A stretch of DNA of 64,000 bases from Gammaproteobacteria bacterium UBA6940 (GCA_002450655.1 DJZY01000057.1:39128-103127); one strand, 5' to 3'; positions 37,957-47,674 are shown, counted from the first letter of the stretch. Numbers and translations: made by a program. The notes: generated from the letters alone by a model not told the origin.

Positions 37957-39606
37957 TTAACCAGCGTTAAGCCAGCTCTTCACAACCTGCGCTACCCTGC
38001 GTGGATCATCAGCAACCATACCTTTAATTGCATTTAATTGAGACTCATAACTTTGATCTGGCCCAGGCAATAGTGACTCAGGACCACCTGTGAGGGTAAT
38101 TTCATCCAACTCAGGCTCTGGCGCTAACTCCATTTCATCAGGCAGTTCAAAGCTATTTTCACCCTCGGCAACAGACGCCAAACGGCTTAGAAGCGGCTTC
38201 AAGAAACCAAACACAAGGATAAACACTAAAAGAATACCTAATGCTCTTATAGCAAAGTCTCGTACACCTTGCTGCTCCCATAAAGGTACTTCTGGAATTT
38301 CAACAAGATCATCTTCAAGTCGAACAAATGGCTGATTCATCACATTAACACTGTCACCACGGCTTGCATCATAGCCAACAGCATCTCGTACAAGAGCAGT
38401 TATACGCGCAAGCTCTGCTTCTGGTATTGGTTCATATGTCACTGTTTGTTCTTCACCTGTGCCAGTAATCACACGACGATCATCGATAACAACTGCAACG
38501 GTTAAGCGTTCTAAGCGTCCAACCTGATGGCGGGTATGACTGACCGTACGATCAAGTTCAAAGTTTTTTGCAGCCTGTTTACGCTCGTTAATCGCTTTTG
38601 CTGTACCACCTTCGACAGCATCATTTGTCGCCTGTTCTGGTGCAACACCACCACCTGGAGGCGTATTTGCAAGAGCACCAGGCACACCCATGGCGCCTGA
38701 GCCCTGCATCATATTTTCTTCAACAATACGTTCGCTTCGTAATGCATTAACATCTGGGTTAAATCGCTCTTCTGCTTGCTCAACCACTGTGAAATCGACA
38801 TCTGCAGATACTTGGGCGCGGAAATTATCATTACCAACGATAGGTAAAAGAATATCGTCTAAACGTTGCTGGATTTTCTTTTCCAAGCTCATTGTGTAAT
38901 CAAGTTGACGAGCTGCTCGAACAAAGTCTTCGTTTTCTTGATCGTCAGATAACAACATACCTTTGTTATCAACTACAGAAACATGCTTCGCCTGCATTTC
39001 GGGGATACTGGAACTGACTAATTGCTGTATAGCAACAACCTGATTTGGTTCTAATTTACGACCAGGATAAAGCTCGACCATAACAGAGGCCGAAGGATTA
39101 CGTTGCTGGTCTATAAAAACAGCAGGTTTCGGGATTGCTAAATGCACACGTGCACCACGAATGGCAGACATACTTGCAATCGTTTTAGAAAGCTCACCCT
39201 CTAAGGAGCGATGGTATCTGGCTTTTTCCATAAATTGGCTTGTGCCAAATTGTTGCTGTTTATCAAGCAACTCATAACCATTGGTATCACCAAGGGAATA
39301 ACCAGCTCTCGCTAATTCAAGTCGTGCATCATGTATACGATCCGACTCTACCATGATCACACCATTATTAGTGTCAACTTTAAATTTGATTTCTTGCTGC
39401 GATAAAATATCAACAATTTGACTCGCATCAGCATTACTCACATTGGCCTGTAATGGGCGATATGTTGGTTCTTGCGACCAAAGAACAACACCAAAGCCTA
39501 AAGCAACACTCGCTGCTAGGCCAATCATGATACCGATCTGACGAAGAATCGAAAGGTTACTTAAACCTTCCATTACTGCATTGCTTCCAGAATATTCAGC
39601 TGCCAT
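37957..39606 (-). CDS. fliF: Flagellar MS-ring protein FliF
   Basis: 549 aa with N- and C-terminal TM segments and YscJ/FliF-type periplasmic domains. Position is fliE-fliF-fliG. Confidence 0.95.
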   Translation of the reverse strand: MAAEYSGSNAVMEGLSNLSILRQIGIMIGLAASVALGFGVVLWSQEPTYRPLQANVSNADASQIVDILSQQEIKFKVDTNNGVIMVESDRIHDARLELARAGYSLGDTNGYELLDKQQQFGTSQFMEKARYHRSLEGELSKTIASMSAIRGARVHLAIPKPAVFIDQQRNPSASVMVELYPGRKLEPNQVVAIQQLVSSSIPEMQAKHVSVVDNKGMLLSDDQENEDFVRAARQLDYTMSLEKKIQQRLDDILLPIVGNDNFRAQVSADVDFTVVEQAEERFNPDVNALRSERIVEENMMQGSGAMGVPGALANTPPGGGVAPEQATNDAVEGGTAKAINERKQAAKNFELDRTVSHTRHQVGRLERLTVAVVIDDRRVITGTGEEQTVTYEPIPEAELARITALVRDAVGYDASRGDSVNVMNQPFVRLEDDLVEIPEVPLWEQQGVRDFAIRALGILLVFILVFGFLKPLLSRLASVAEGENSFELPDEMELAPEPELDEITLTGGPESLLPGPDQSYESQLNAIKGMVADDPRRVAQVVKSWLNAG

Positions 39607-39677
39607 GGGTATTCCTTCTTTATCGCACTACTTTCAACATGAGCTCTATATTTAATTTGCTAACTTAATGCTCGGCA

Positions 39678-40025
39678 TTAAACTGGCATATTCATAATTT
39701 CTTTATACGCATCAACTAGTTTATTTCTCACATTTAACATAGCCTCAAAACCTATTGAAGCTTGTTGAGATGCAATTGTGACTTGCTCTAAAGTGACACC
39801 AGGGTCACCTAACTCAAATCGAGTTTTTAAATCAGCACTTTCCATTTGTGCATCACTGACTGATTTTATTGCGTTTTGAAAAGTTGACTGAAATGAGTCT
39901 TCATCCGTATTATCAACATTGAATTGACCAACACTCGAATCCATGTCATCGAAGCCAGCACGAATCTGGCGGATATTATTTAAAATGCTTTGAACCGATG
40001 CCGTGTCGCCGCCGATAGATTGCAT
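39678..40025 (-). CDS. fliE: Flagellar hook-basal body complex protein FliE
   Basis: 115 aa. C-terminal 'VRNKLVDAYKEIMNMPV' is the conserved FliE ending. Confidence 0.85.
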   Translation of the reverse strand: MQSIGGDTASVQSILNNIRQIRAGFDDMDSSVGQFNVDNTDEDSFQSTFQNAIKSVSDAQMESADLKTRFELGDPGVTLEQVTIASQQASIGFEAMLNVRNKLVDAYKEIMNMPV

Positions 40026-40065
40026 AACAATACCCTCTTATTCCTTTATTTCATGATCCACTTGA

Positions 40066-41595
40066 TTAAATTTCACCAAGTGCTGGCCAACATTCTTTAA
40101 TTTTTGCAATTTTATATCGCAATGTACGTGGACTAATACCGAGCATTTCTGCTGTCTTTTTACGGCTGCCATTATTTTTTTGCAGGCATTCCACGATTGT
40201 TCTCAATTCTTTTGTTCTTAAATCTTCACCCTGCATGTCACCAGCAAACAAAACCTGCTGGGCATCTAAAGTGTCAAAATTATGTGACTGATCTTGCAAG
40301 CTGTCTTTGTTACTCTGCTCAGCCGTCGTCAAAGTTTTGCCACTTAAAGGTTTTTCTTCTTTAATTTCAAGCACTTTACACTTTGACTGATCAGCATCTG
40401 TCACTTCAATATATGTACTTGCATTTTTAATGCCAGAATCAGTCATATCAATTAGAAGATCAGCGGCAGTAATTTGATCATTTTGCACAAGCACCAATGC
40501 TCGCTGCATGACATTATCAAGCTCACGAACATTTCCAGGCCAGTTATAAGACATTAATTTATCTTTAGCTTCTTGCGTTAGAATTGGACGAACTGTTTTA
40601 CTGGATACATGTCGATTTAAAAAAGTTTCAGCTAAAGGAATAATGTCATCACGTCTTTCACGAAGCGGTTTCCATTGCAATGGAAATACATTAATTCTGT
40701 AATACAAATCTTCTCTAAAGTTTTTTGCTGCAACTTCTTCAGCAATATTTCTGTTCGTTGTCGCAACCACACGTACATCAATTGCAATAGGCTCTTTACT
40801 TCCAATTCGTTCAACTTCTTTTTCTTGAAGCGCACGAAGAATTTTGGCCTGCAGACTTAAAGGCATTTCAGTAATTTCATCAAGTAAAAGAGTGCCGCCA
40901 TCAGCTAATTCAAACTTACCTGGCATGGCTTTATGAGCACCAGTAAATGAGCCTTTTTCATGCCCAAATAAAATAGCTTCAAGCATATTTTCAGGGATTG
41001 CAGCACAATTAATTGCTACAAAGTTTCGGGAGTGCCTTGGAGAACTGTCATGAATATACCGTGCCAATACTTCTTTTCCAGTACCACTCTCACCAGAAAT
41101 AAGAACATTGGCATTGGATTGGGCTACTTTAGCCGCCATAGCAAAAACTGCTTTGCTTTCATTACTGACCATGACAGGCTGATCAGCCTGATAATCTTCA
41201 GCAAGTGTTTGCGTATATTGCTTCACTTTTGCTGTTAATTGAGAGAGGGAAAAAGGCTTGGCAAGGTAATCAACCGCCCCACGTTGTATTGCTTTAACAG
41301 CACGGTCAACACTTGAATATGCTGTCATTAACATGACAGGCAGGTATGGATATTCTTGACGTATTTGTACCAGTAATTCTTCCCCACTCATATTCGGCAT
41401 ATTAATGTCGGAAATAACCATATGAACACTTTCTGACTTTAATTGAATCAAGGCTTCTTCAGCAGAGTTAGCACAAATCACATCTACTCGCTCAAGCTCC
41501 AAGGATTCACGTATCGCTGTTTGTAGGGACTTATCATCTTCAACTATTAATACTTTTAATGCCGCATTTTGTGTTTGATTTGAAATAAACGTCAT
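40066..41595 (-). CDS. fleR: Sigma-54-dependent flagellar response regulator (FleR/FlrC)
   Basis: 509 aa. REC 'MVISDINMPNMSG', AAA+ 'GESGTGKE', 'GSFTGA' (GAFTGA loop), 'ATN', C-terminal HTH 'KKTAEMLGISPRTLRYKI'. Confidence 0.9.
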   Translation of the reverse strand: MTFISNQTQNAALKVLIVEDDKSLQTAIRESLELERVDVICANSAEEALIQLKSESVHMVISDINMPNMSGEELLVQIRQEYPYLPVMLMTAYSSVDRAVKAIQRGAVDYLAKPFSLSQLTAKVKQYTQTLAEDYQADQPVMVSNESKAVFAMAAKVAQSNANVLISGESGTGKEVLARYIHDSSPRHSRNFVAINCAAIPENMLEAILFGHEKGSFTGAHKAMPGKFELADGGTLLLDEITEMPLSLQAKILRALQEKEVERIGSKEPIAIDVRVVATTNRNIAEEVAAKNFREDLYYRINVFPLQWKPLRERRDDIIPLAETFLNRHVSSKTVRPILTQEAKDKLMSYNWPGNVRELDNVMQRALVLVQNDQITAADLLIDMTDSGIKNASTYIEVTDADQSKCKVLEIKEEKPLSGKTLTTAEQSNKDSLQDQSHNFDTLDAQQVLFAGDMQGEDLRTKELRTIVECLQKNNGSRKKTAEMLGISPRTLRYKIAKIKECWPALGEI

Positions 41596-41612
41596 GACAT
41601 ATCTCCTACTGC

Positions 41613-42671
41613 TTAAGAATTCATAAATGGCACACTAATAGAAACGCAACTGCCTTGCTTCTGTGGTGATAACAACAAACGACCACCATGCTTATTTGCC
41701 ACTGTTGATGCAAATCTCAGGCCAATACCACTTCCAGATTTTTTTGTTGAAAATGCTTTTTTACCGAAATTATCTTGCGCTTTCTCAGAAAAACCACAGC
41801 CACCGTCAAAAATATCGAAATAAAAAAAACCTCGTCCGGATTGCTGACACTGCATTCGACGAACAGCAATCCGGACAACGGCTCCAGGTTTTGAAGCTTC
41901 ACAGGCATTTGTCACTATATTTGAGAGCGCACCAATAAGTGCATCGTAATGACACTGAATATGTTGAATAGCAATATCTGTATCGCATTGAATAACCGGA
42001 TGCATATTTTTTATTGCACTTTTGCTCATTTGTAATACTGCATTTAAAATATCACCGACAGTTTGGCTTTCCTCTACAGGCAAATCGCCTTTAACGAAAA
42101 ACAGCAAATCATTCACTTGTCGATTCATATAATTCAATTGATTCGCCATCGTATCGCAGACAGTTTTGCGTCTTTGCGCTGGCAATTCATAATGGCGAAG
42201 CTGATCTGCATAAAGCAGACATGTTGATAAAGGCGTACGTAATTGATGGGATAATGTTGCGCTTAGAGCACCTAATTCTCGCAAGCGATCTTCTTGATCA
42301 ACTTGCTGCTGTAAACGTCGTGTTTCCGTCACATCACTTAATAAAATAATTTGCTCAAGTTGTTGTGGGTTTTCCAGGCTTGGTACAGCTTGTGTTGAAA
42401 CATCTAGCCTACGTCCATTTTTAACAAGCACCTCAAAACCAGGTTTACTTTGCGGAACAACGCATGCATTAATAACATCGCGCCATAACTGGCCAATCAT
42501 CTGCCCTTCAAAACCTAAGAACACTTTTGAAAGTTGATTTTGTTTTTTAATCTGTCCTTTTTGATCTAACCAAATTAACCCTAAAGGTAATGATTCAAGA
42601 AACTGCGTAAAATACGCTTGAAACTGATTAAAACTGGCTGATTCATTCCAATATTGCGCCGCTGTTGACAT
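41613..42671 (-). CDS. fleS: Flagellar sensor histidine kinase (FleS/FlrB), cytoplasmic PAS-HisKA-HATPase
   Basis: 352 aa with no TM segment. H-box 'LSHQLRTPLS', N-box 'NIVTNACEAS', G-boxes 'DGGCGF' and 'GSGIGL'. GGAG RBS 5 nt upstream. Confidence 0.85.
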   Translation of the reverse strand: MSTAAQYWNESASFNQFQAYFTQFLESLPLGLIWLDQKGQIKKQNQLSKVFLGFEGQMIGQLWRDVINACVVPQSKPGFEVLVKNGRRLDVSTQAVPSLENPQQLEQIILLSDVTETRRLQQQVDQEDRLRELGALSATLSHQLRTPLSTCLLYADQLRHYELPAQRRKTVCDTMANQLNYMNRQVNDLLFFVKGDLPVEESQTVGDILNAVLQMSKSAIKNMHPVIQCDTDIAIQHIQCHYDALIGALSNIVTNACEASKPGAVVRIAVRRMQCQQSGRGFFYFDIFDGGCGFSEKAQDNFGKKAFSTKKSGSGIGLRFASTVANKHGGRLLLSPQKQGSCVSISVPFMNS

Positions 42672-42720
42672 ACTTGCTCCTTCGAGTAGATCAATTTTTG
42701 TTCAACACAACAACTCTAAG

Positions 42721-42735
42721 GCAAGCAACGTGCCA
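42721..42735 (-). promoter_or_regulatory. Sigma-54 (-24/-12) promoter of fleS-fleR
   Basis: The minus strand reads 'TGGCACgttgcTTGC'. This is an exact match to TGGCAC-N5-TTGC with correct GG-N10-GC spacing, about 50 nt upstream of the fleS ATG. Confidence 0.75.
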
Positions 42736-43041
42736 ACACGGCAATATATGCCAGAAATCAACTATTAAGGTGGCAATATTTGGAGGATTAAGCCTAAATC
42801 AGCTTATTAATAAGATAAATCAAGCTAATTCAGCTCATAAAAAAGTAAATGAATAAAATTTTTTAATTAAAAAATTAATAAAAAGTGACAAAAAAATGAC
42901 TCTACAATCACCGCTTGACCCGTATTTTAAGAATACGTACATCGATGACATACCAGTGACAACTTATTCTTTATGATCAAATTATCAAAAACAGCTAAAC
43001 CAAAAATGGATTTCGTTTTTTAAGAAATAAGGAGTCTACAC

Positions 43042-43743
43042 ATGGACACAAGTATCGACCCTATACATTTACAGCAACAGGAATTGAATCAACTACCAGC
43101 AAATAGCAGTGCTAATAATGCTAACAACCCTATACAGAACGAAGCTGTGCAACATTTATTAGAGCAAGACATTGAGCTTGATCAAGAGGTAAAAGATTCT
43201 TTTAATAATTTACTTGATAAATCTAAAATAGACTCTGATGCTCTTTCCCAAGAAGCTGAATTTCCAACAGAAGCGTTATCTACCATCGACCAACAAAAAG
43301 TAAATACCATTAGCACAATATTTAATAAAATGGAGATTGGCACTAATGGTAGCCAAGTGACTGACGATGATATTCAAACAGTAGAACACATGGTCAATAA
43401 TCATCTTGATGCCCCAATGGCAGTTGCAGAGGAAGCAGATCAACTTGATGCTCTCATTAATGAAACTTCAGATTTAGATAATACAGACGAGGTATTAAAT
43501 GCAGCTCAAGAAGAAGGTATGGCCAACCTAGAAGATTATCAGGGTTGGCTCGTTCCAGTGGTTGCAACTGCAAGACGACTCCCAGAAGTTGAACTGAGGA
43601 GAGAGCTTCCGACTGAAGAAGCCCATTCAGAAAATTTAAATCGAATAGAAGAAAAAACGCTAGACTCTGACTCTTCTCGTTCAGGTAGTGGCTACAAACA
43701 ACAAGAAGCCCTTGAAGAAATGAGAATGATGCTTGAAGAGTAA
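43042..43743 (+). CDS. Hypothetical acidic protein
   Basis: 233-aa ORF with an 'aaggag' RBS 7 nt upstream. D/E/Q/N-rich with no recognisable domain. Confidence 0.5.
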   Translation: MDTSIDPIHLQQQELNQLPANSSANNANNPIQNEAVQHLLEQDIELDQEVKDSFNNLLDKSKIDSDALSQEAEFPTEALSTIDQQKVNTISTIFNKMEIGTNGSQVTDDDIQTVEHMVNNHLDAPMAVAEEADQLDALINETSDLDNTDEVLNAAQEEGMANLEDYQGWLVPVVATARRLPEVELRRELPTEEAHSENLNRIEEKTLDSDSSRSGSGYKQQEALEEMRMMLEE

Positions 43744-43748
43744 TAAAC

Positions 43749-44357
43749 TTACCTTGTGGTAGCCAAGCCTACACCAAAGCATACAAACAGGCTGCCACTT
43801 GCTTTATTTAATAACGACATGCCTTTTTCTGATGAAAGCTTAGCTTTAGCCATGCCTGCACACATAGCGTAACTTGTGTGAATAACTACAATTAAAAGAC
43901 AAAACGTGACCGCTAACAGCAAAAATTGGGGCAAATAAGCTTCCTGCACATTTATAAATTGTGGAAAAATCGAGATAAAAAAGACAAGCCCTTTAGGGTT
44001 TGTAATAGAGATTAAAAAACCTTTGAAAAAAACATTGAAATAACTCATTTGAGCGTGCACAGCTGTCGTTTGCAATCCGCCCTTGGTACGAAACATCTTC
44101 ACACCTAAATATATCAGATATGCAGCACCTAAAACTTTAATAAGTGTAAAAGCAACTAGTGAACTTTCGAGGACAAACCTAATACTTGTTGCAGATATAC
44201 TCGCTATAGCAAAAACACCTAAAGAAACACCACATATACCAGCAAAAGTTTTGCTAAACCCTTTCATAACAGAGTTATTCAAAGTAAAAACAACAGCTGG
44301 ACCTGGCAGCATAATCGTTGCAACAACAACACCTATATACACCAAATAATTATCCAT
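43749..44357 (-). CDS. LysE/RhtB-family amino-acid exporter
   Basis: 202 aa with about 6 TM segments. 'PGPAVVFTLNNSV' N-terminal motif and 'NPKGLVFF' are typical of the LysE family. Confidence 0.8.
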   Translation of the reverse strand: MDNYLVYIGVVVATIMLPGPAVVFTLNNSVMKGFSKTFAGICGVSLGVFAIASISATSIRFVLESSLVAFTLIKVLGAAYLIYLGVKMFRTKGGLQTTAVHAQMSYFNVFFKGFLISITNPKGLVFFISIFPQFINVQEAYLPQFLLLAVTFCLLIVVIHTSYAMCAGMAKAKLSSEKGMSLLNKASGSLFVCFGVGLATTR

Positions 44358-44430
44358 TCACGCCCCCTTAGGCCCATGCTTTAAAAAAGCAATTTTATCG
44401 AAAGATTTACTTTTTCGATAGTGATAGATA

Positions 44431-44465
44431 AAAAAAAGGCCACATTCTTTCGAATGTGGCCTTTT
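44431..44465 (-). terminator. Rho-independent terminator of the ompA-family gene
   Basis: Stem 'ggccacattc' (44438-44447) pairs with 'gaatgtggcc' (44452-44461) across a tttc loop. A 7-nt A-run on the plus strand gives a U-tract on the minus strand. Confidence 0.8.
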
Positions 44466-44490
44466 AAGAGCTTTAAACTCAAATCTGCTT

Positions 44491-45603
44491 TTATTCAGCA
44501 GTCTCTTGTGTTTGCTCTTGTGCACGTGGTTGTTGTGCTTGCTCTGGGTCTAACTGACGAGTTGCAGTTACAAGAGTTGCTGCACGTCTGTTACGACTAC
44601 GACCTTCTTCAGTTTCATTCGTTGCAATTGGCTTTTCCTCACCATAACCAACGATTTCAAGACGATCTTTTTGAATTTCAAAATCACGTACTAGAATATC
44701 ACGAATTGCTTTTGCACGTTTTTCAGAAAGCTTCTGGTTGAAAGCTGATGGACCTGTTGAGTCAGCATGCCCTTCAATTGTTACGATACTGTCTTTGTAA
44801 AGTTTCAAGAAAGTCGCCAGTTCTTTAACATCAGAATAGAATTCTGGCGGCAGGTTTGAACTTTCAAATGCAAAGTTCACGTTAAGATCCATTGAAACTG
44901 TATTTTCGATAGGAATTGCACAACCGCGCTCATCAACCATTAGGCCAGCAGCTGTATCAAGACACTCATCAATATTATCAAGAATGCCATCACCATCTGC
45001 GTCAGCAATCATCTCGCCTTGCGCTGCACCAGCATCTACAAGATCAATATCACCTTCACTTGAATTCTCATTGCCGCCGAACGTCATTGTTAATGCAAGA
45101 CTAGCAAGAGTATCTGTGTAATCACCTTCAAAGTTATCAATTGCTCTGAAGTCACCACGAACTGAGAAGTCTTCGTTGAAGAAGTAACGAACACCAGCAC
45201 CAACGTTAGCAATAGTGTCATCTAAATGAATATTTTTTTCTTCTTGATCAAGGTTGATCATACCAAAACCTGCTGAAAGGAAAGGCTGTAGTTTTCTTTC
45301 AGGCATAAAATAATAGTGACCATCTAGGCGATACTGTTCAACATCATACTTTGCAAGTGAATTGATTTTCTCATGTGTTTCACCATTCATGTATTGCACT
45401 TCAGCTGCAAGATTTTGAGTAAAACGGTATTCAAAACCAATAGCAGGTATTGTTTTATCTTTGATAATAAGGTCTTTATCAAAGTTGTAATAACCAGCAC
45501 CTGGGTTAATAGATAAACCTTCGCCATAAGTTTCTGCCTGTGCAGTAGCAGCGCCAAAAAGGCTTAGTGCAACAATTGCAGATGTTAAACCTGTTAGTTT
45601 CAT
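44491..45603 (-). CDS. OmpA-family outer membrane protein (N-terminal beta-barrel, TSP3-type Ca-binding repeat, OmpA_C peptidoglycan-binding domain)
   Basis: 370 aa. Signal peptide 'SLFGAATAQA|E', 'DADGDGILDNIDECLDT', 'VTIEGHADSTGPSAFNQKLSEKRAKAIRDIL'. Confidence 0.9.
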   Translation of the reverse strand: MKLTGLTSAIVALSLFGAATAQAETYGEGLSINPGAGYYNFDKDLIIKDKTIPAIGFEYRFTQNLAAEVQYMNGETHEKINSLAKYDVEQYRLDGHYYFMPERKLQPFLSAGFGMINLDQEEKNIHLDDTIANVGAGVRYFFNEDFSVRGDFRAIDNFEGDYTDTLASLALTMTFGGNENSSEGDIDLVDAGAAQGEMIADADGDGILDNIDECLDTAAGLMVDERGCAIPIENTVSMDLNVNFAFESSNLPPEFYSDVKELATFLKLYKDSIVTIEGHADSTGPSAFNQKLSEKRAKAIRDILVRDFEIQKDRLEIVGYGEEKPIATNETEEGRSRNRRAATLVTATRQLDPEQAQQPRAQEQTQETAE

Positions 45604-45806
45604 AGATAATCCTCTCGTAGATTACAGGTATGGTGTGATCTTGTTGTTTTCTATGGGTTAAGTCTTGCGTTAAATACAGCCAACAAAGAATCAAACCCTA
45701 CTTATGTGTGGTTACCGCAAGCTAGATCACGTATAAGTCCTAAACCCACCACATCATACACATTTTAATTTATAAGTATATTTTTAGACAAAATAGACCA
45801 TGTTCA

Positions 45807-45915
45807 AAAATAATCCACAATTTTTGTGGATAAACCTGTGAAAAACATTAGCTATTTCACCTAAAAGCCCCATAGATTGGAAACCTCAAAAGATTGATCA
45901 ATTTTTAACCAACCT
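45807..45915. repeat. Copy A of a ~110-bp repeated non-coding module with a palindromic DnaA-box pair
   Basis: 'TAATCCACAAtttTTGTGGATAAacctgtg'. TGTGGATAA (45825-45833) is the exact complement of the DnaA-box consensus TTATCCACA, and TAATCCACA (45811-45819) matches it 8/9. Downstream blocks 'cacctaaaagcccca' and 'tttttaacc' are shared with copy B. Confidence 0.7.
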
Positions 45916-46192
45916 AACTATAGGCCTGATGCAGACACTTTACGGCTTATTTTATGAACGCAAAGTGAAAAGGCACAAAGCCCATAAAATTAATAACTTA
46001 GACCGTTCACACAACTTAGACACGAATTTGTACTTTTTTTATAAGTCAGTCAGAAAAAAAATATATTGTGATTATTCTGTCCTTAAAATGTTTATTCACA
46101 ACTCATATCTTGCAAAAAATTCACATCAAGCTATTATTTCAAATAGTTATAGAACAACCTTTCAAAAATTGCTTTTGCGCTATTAAAATACA

Positions 46193-46305
46193 AATAATAT
46201 CCACAATTTGTGTGGATAAACCTGTGCGTTACTCTAAAAAGCACCTCCAAAACCCCCATTAAATCGGCACATCTTAAAATTGGTTATTTTTTAACCGCTT
46301 TATAT
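46193..46305. repeat. Copy B of the repeated module with a palindromic DnaA-box pair
   Basis: 'ATATCCACAatttgTGTGGATAAacctgtg'. TGTGGATAA (46211-46219) is exact and ATATCCACA (46197-46205) is 8/9. Followed by 'cacctccaaaaccccca' and 'tttttaacc', as in copy A. Confidence 0.7.
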
Positions 46306-46718
46306 CTTGACCAGATACATTTTGAAAAAAAAATCTTTGACAATTATGTAGATTCACCGTGTCATTTAGTATTGAATGTGTCAGAATCCCTTGGACTGTT
46401 TTTCAGCTATACATATTGTGCTTATTTGCTTGAAAGCGTCAGTTCCAGACATGTCTCTGCGTTTACGCTTTGTAGCTTGTGAATCCCTTAGTGTATGCGC
46501 TGGTTAAATATTCAACTTGCCGGAACTTTAATAGTGTTACCGAACTCTGATAAACTTGTCAGAATTTTTGACACCCCCATTTAGAACCTATCTACCCCAC
46601 TTCTAATTACTGATAGAAAGTTGGTTGGATATCTATAGTTTTTGACGAGAGAAACACCATGGCTCATTGCTTCGCAAGGCAAAGACACGATAATAAGACA
46701 AACAAAAGTGCCCTTTTC

Positions 46719-47513
46719 ATGAATCGAATTTTTACTTTTTCCATTACACTTTTCGCTCTAATCTCGACAGCTGCACAGTCAGCAGAGCCAACCTACCCAG
46801 ATGATCAAAAGCAAATTGTGGGTACAGCAGCCTCTATATCTGAAGAGACTCAATCAGTTTGGGTCTCCGGCCCTCTTATAGATGTTTATGCAGGCCCGGG
46901 TCAAAGCTACCCTATTGTTCACACTTTAGAAAAAGGTGAGAAACTTGAGCTTCATAAACAATACACACGCTGGATTAAAGTCACATCTCAAAGTGGTATT
47001 GACGGCTGGATTGCAGCAACAGACACAGCTAAGCTTTTTGATGCAAATGGAAGACCGCTCACTGAACGTAAGCCAATCAACGATCATGCTGGTCGTTTTT
47101 CATTACAGCTTGCATTAGGTACATTTGATGGGGATAGCTACGGATCAATGGGCATCGGCTATGGCCTTTCAGAAAACCTCAGAATTGATGGCATCCTAGG
47201 TCATTCAACTGATGGTCCACTTCAAGGTCGCCATCTCTATGGCGCTCTAACCTTAGATTTAAAACAATTCAAATTTGTTGCAGAAAAACCATGGCAACCT
47301 TACGCAAGCTTGGGCTACGGTGTCTATAACGCTGATGGTAATATAAATGGTATTAAAAACTTCGATACGTTCAAATCATCTATTGGTGTGAGATATAACT
47401 TCTTTCAAGAGATTGAAGCAACATTCGAATACAGTCGAGATGTAATTTTAGTAACAGGCAACAATAATATTCATGCAGACGGCCTTAAAGTCGGCGTAAT
47501 GACATATTTCTAA
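46719..47513 (+). CDS. Secreted SH3b-domain protein fused to a small OM beta-barrel-like domain
   Basis: Signal peptide 'MNRIFTFSITLFALISTAAQSA|EP' (the ORF track starts at 46659). SH3b-like 'IDVYAGPGQSYPIVHTLEKGEKLELHKQYTRWIKVTSQSGIDGWI'. The C-terminal half alternates Gly/aromatic residues and ends in 'GVMTYF'. Confidence 0.65.
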   Translation: MNRIFTFSITLFALISTAAQSAEPTYPDDQKQIVGTAASISEETQSVWVSGPLIDVYAGPGQSYPIVHTLEKGEKLELHKQYTRWIKVTSQSGIDGWIAATDTAKLFDANGRPLTERKPINDHAGRFSLQLALGTFDGDSYGSMGIGYGLSENLRIDGILGHSTDGPLQGRHLYGALTLDLKQFKFVAEKPWQPYASLGYGVYNADGNINGIKNFDTFKSSIGVRYNFFQEIEATFEYSRDVILVTGNNNIHADGLKVGVMTYF

Positions 47514-47674
47514 ACAATTTAAAGTTTACACCCCCATTATCGAATAAATTAAAGCAATGATTCAGGTACATTCACCATAATGCTGCTTGAATCAAGTTGC
47601 CCTATGCTGGCAAACATATAATTGATTTCAAATGCGCATTTGCATTGACGAGAGGCATAACAGTGAGATTGACC

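Noticed and set aside
40066-40110. Sigma-54-like 'TGGCCAgcactTGGT' (minus strand) upstream of fliE inside the fleR 3' end
   Set aside because: The -12 element is not GC at the required spacing and the -24 hexamer is only a 4/6 match.
42741-42753. Second TGGCA...TGC element just upstream of the fleS sigma-54 promoter
   Set aside because: GG-to-GC spacing is 8 nt instead of 10. Only the 42721-42735 element has canonical geometry.
45929-46482. Three ORFs (85, 64 and 90 aa) in the long intergenic region
   Set aside because: The region is very AT-rich, and the translations are Lys/Ile/Phe/Tyr-rich with no RBS. They overlap one another in different frames. The region is better explained as non-coding and regulatory.
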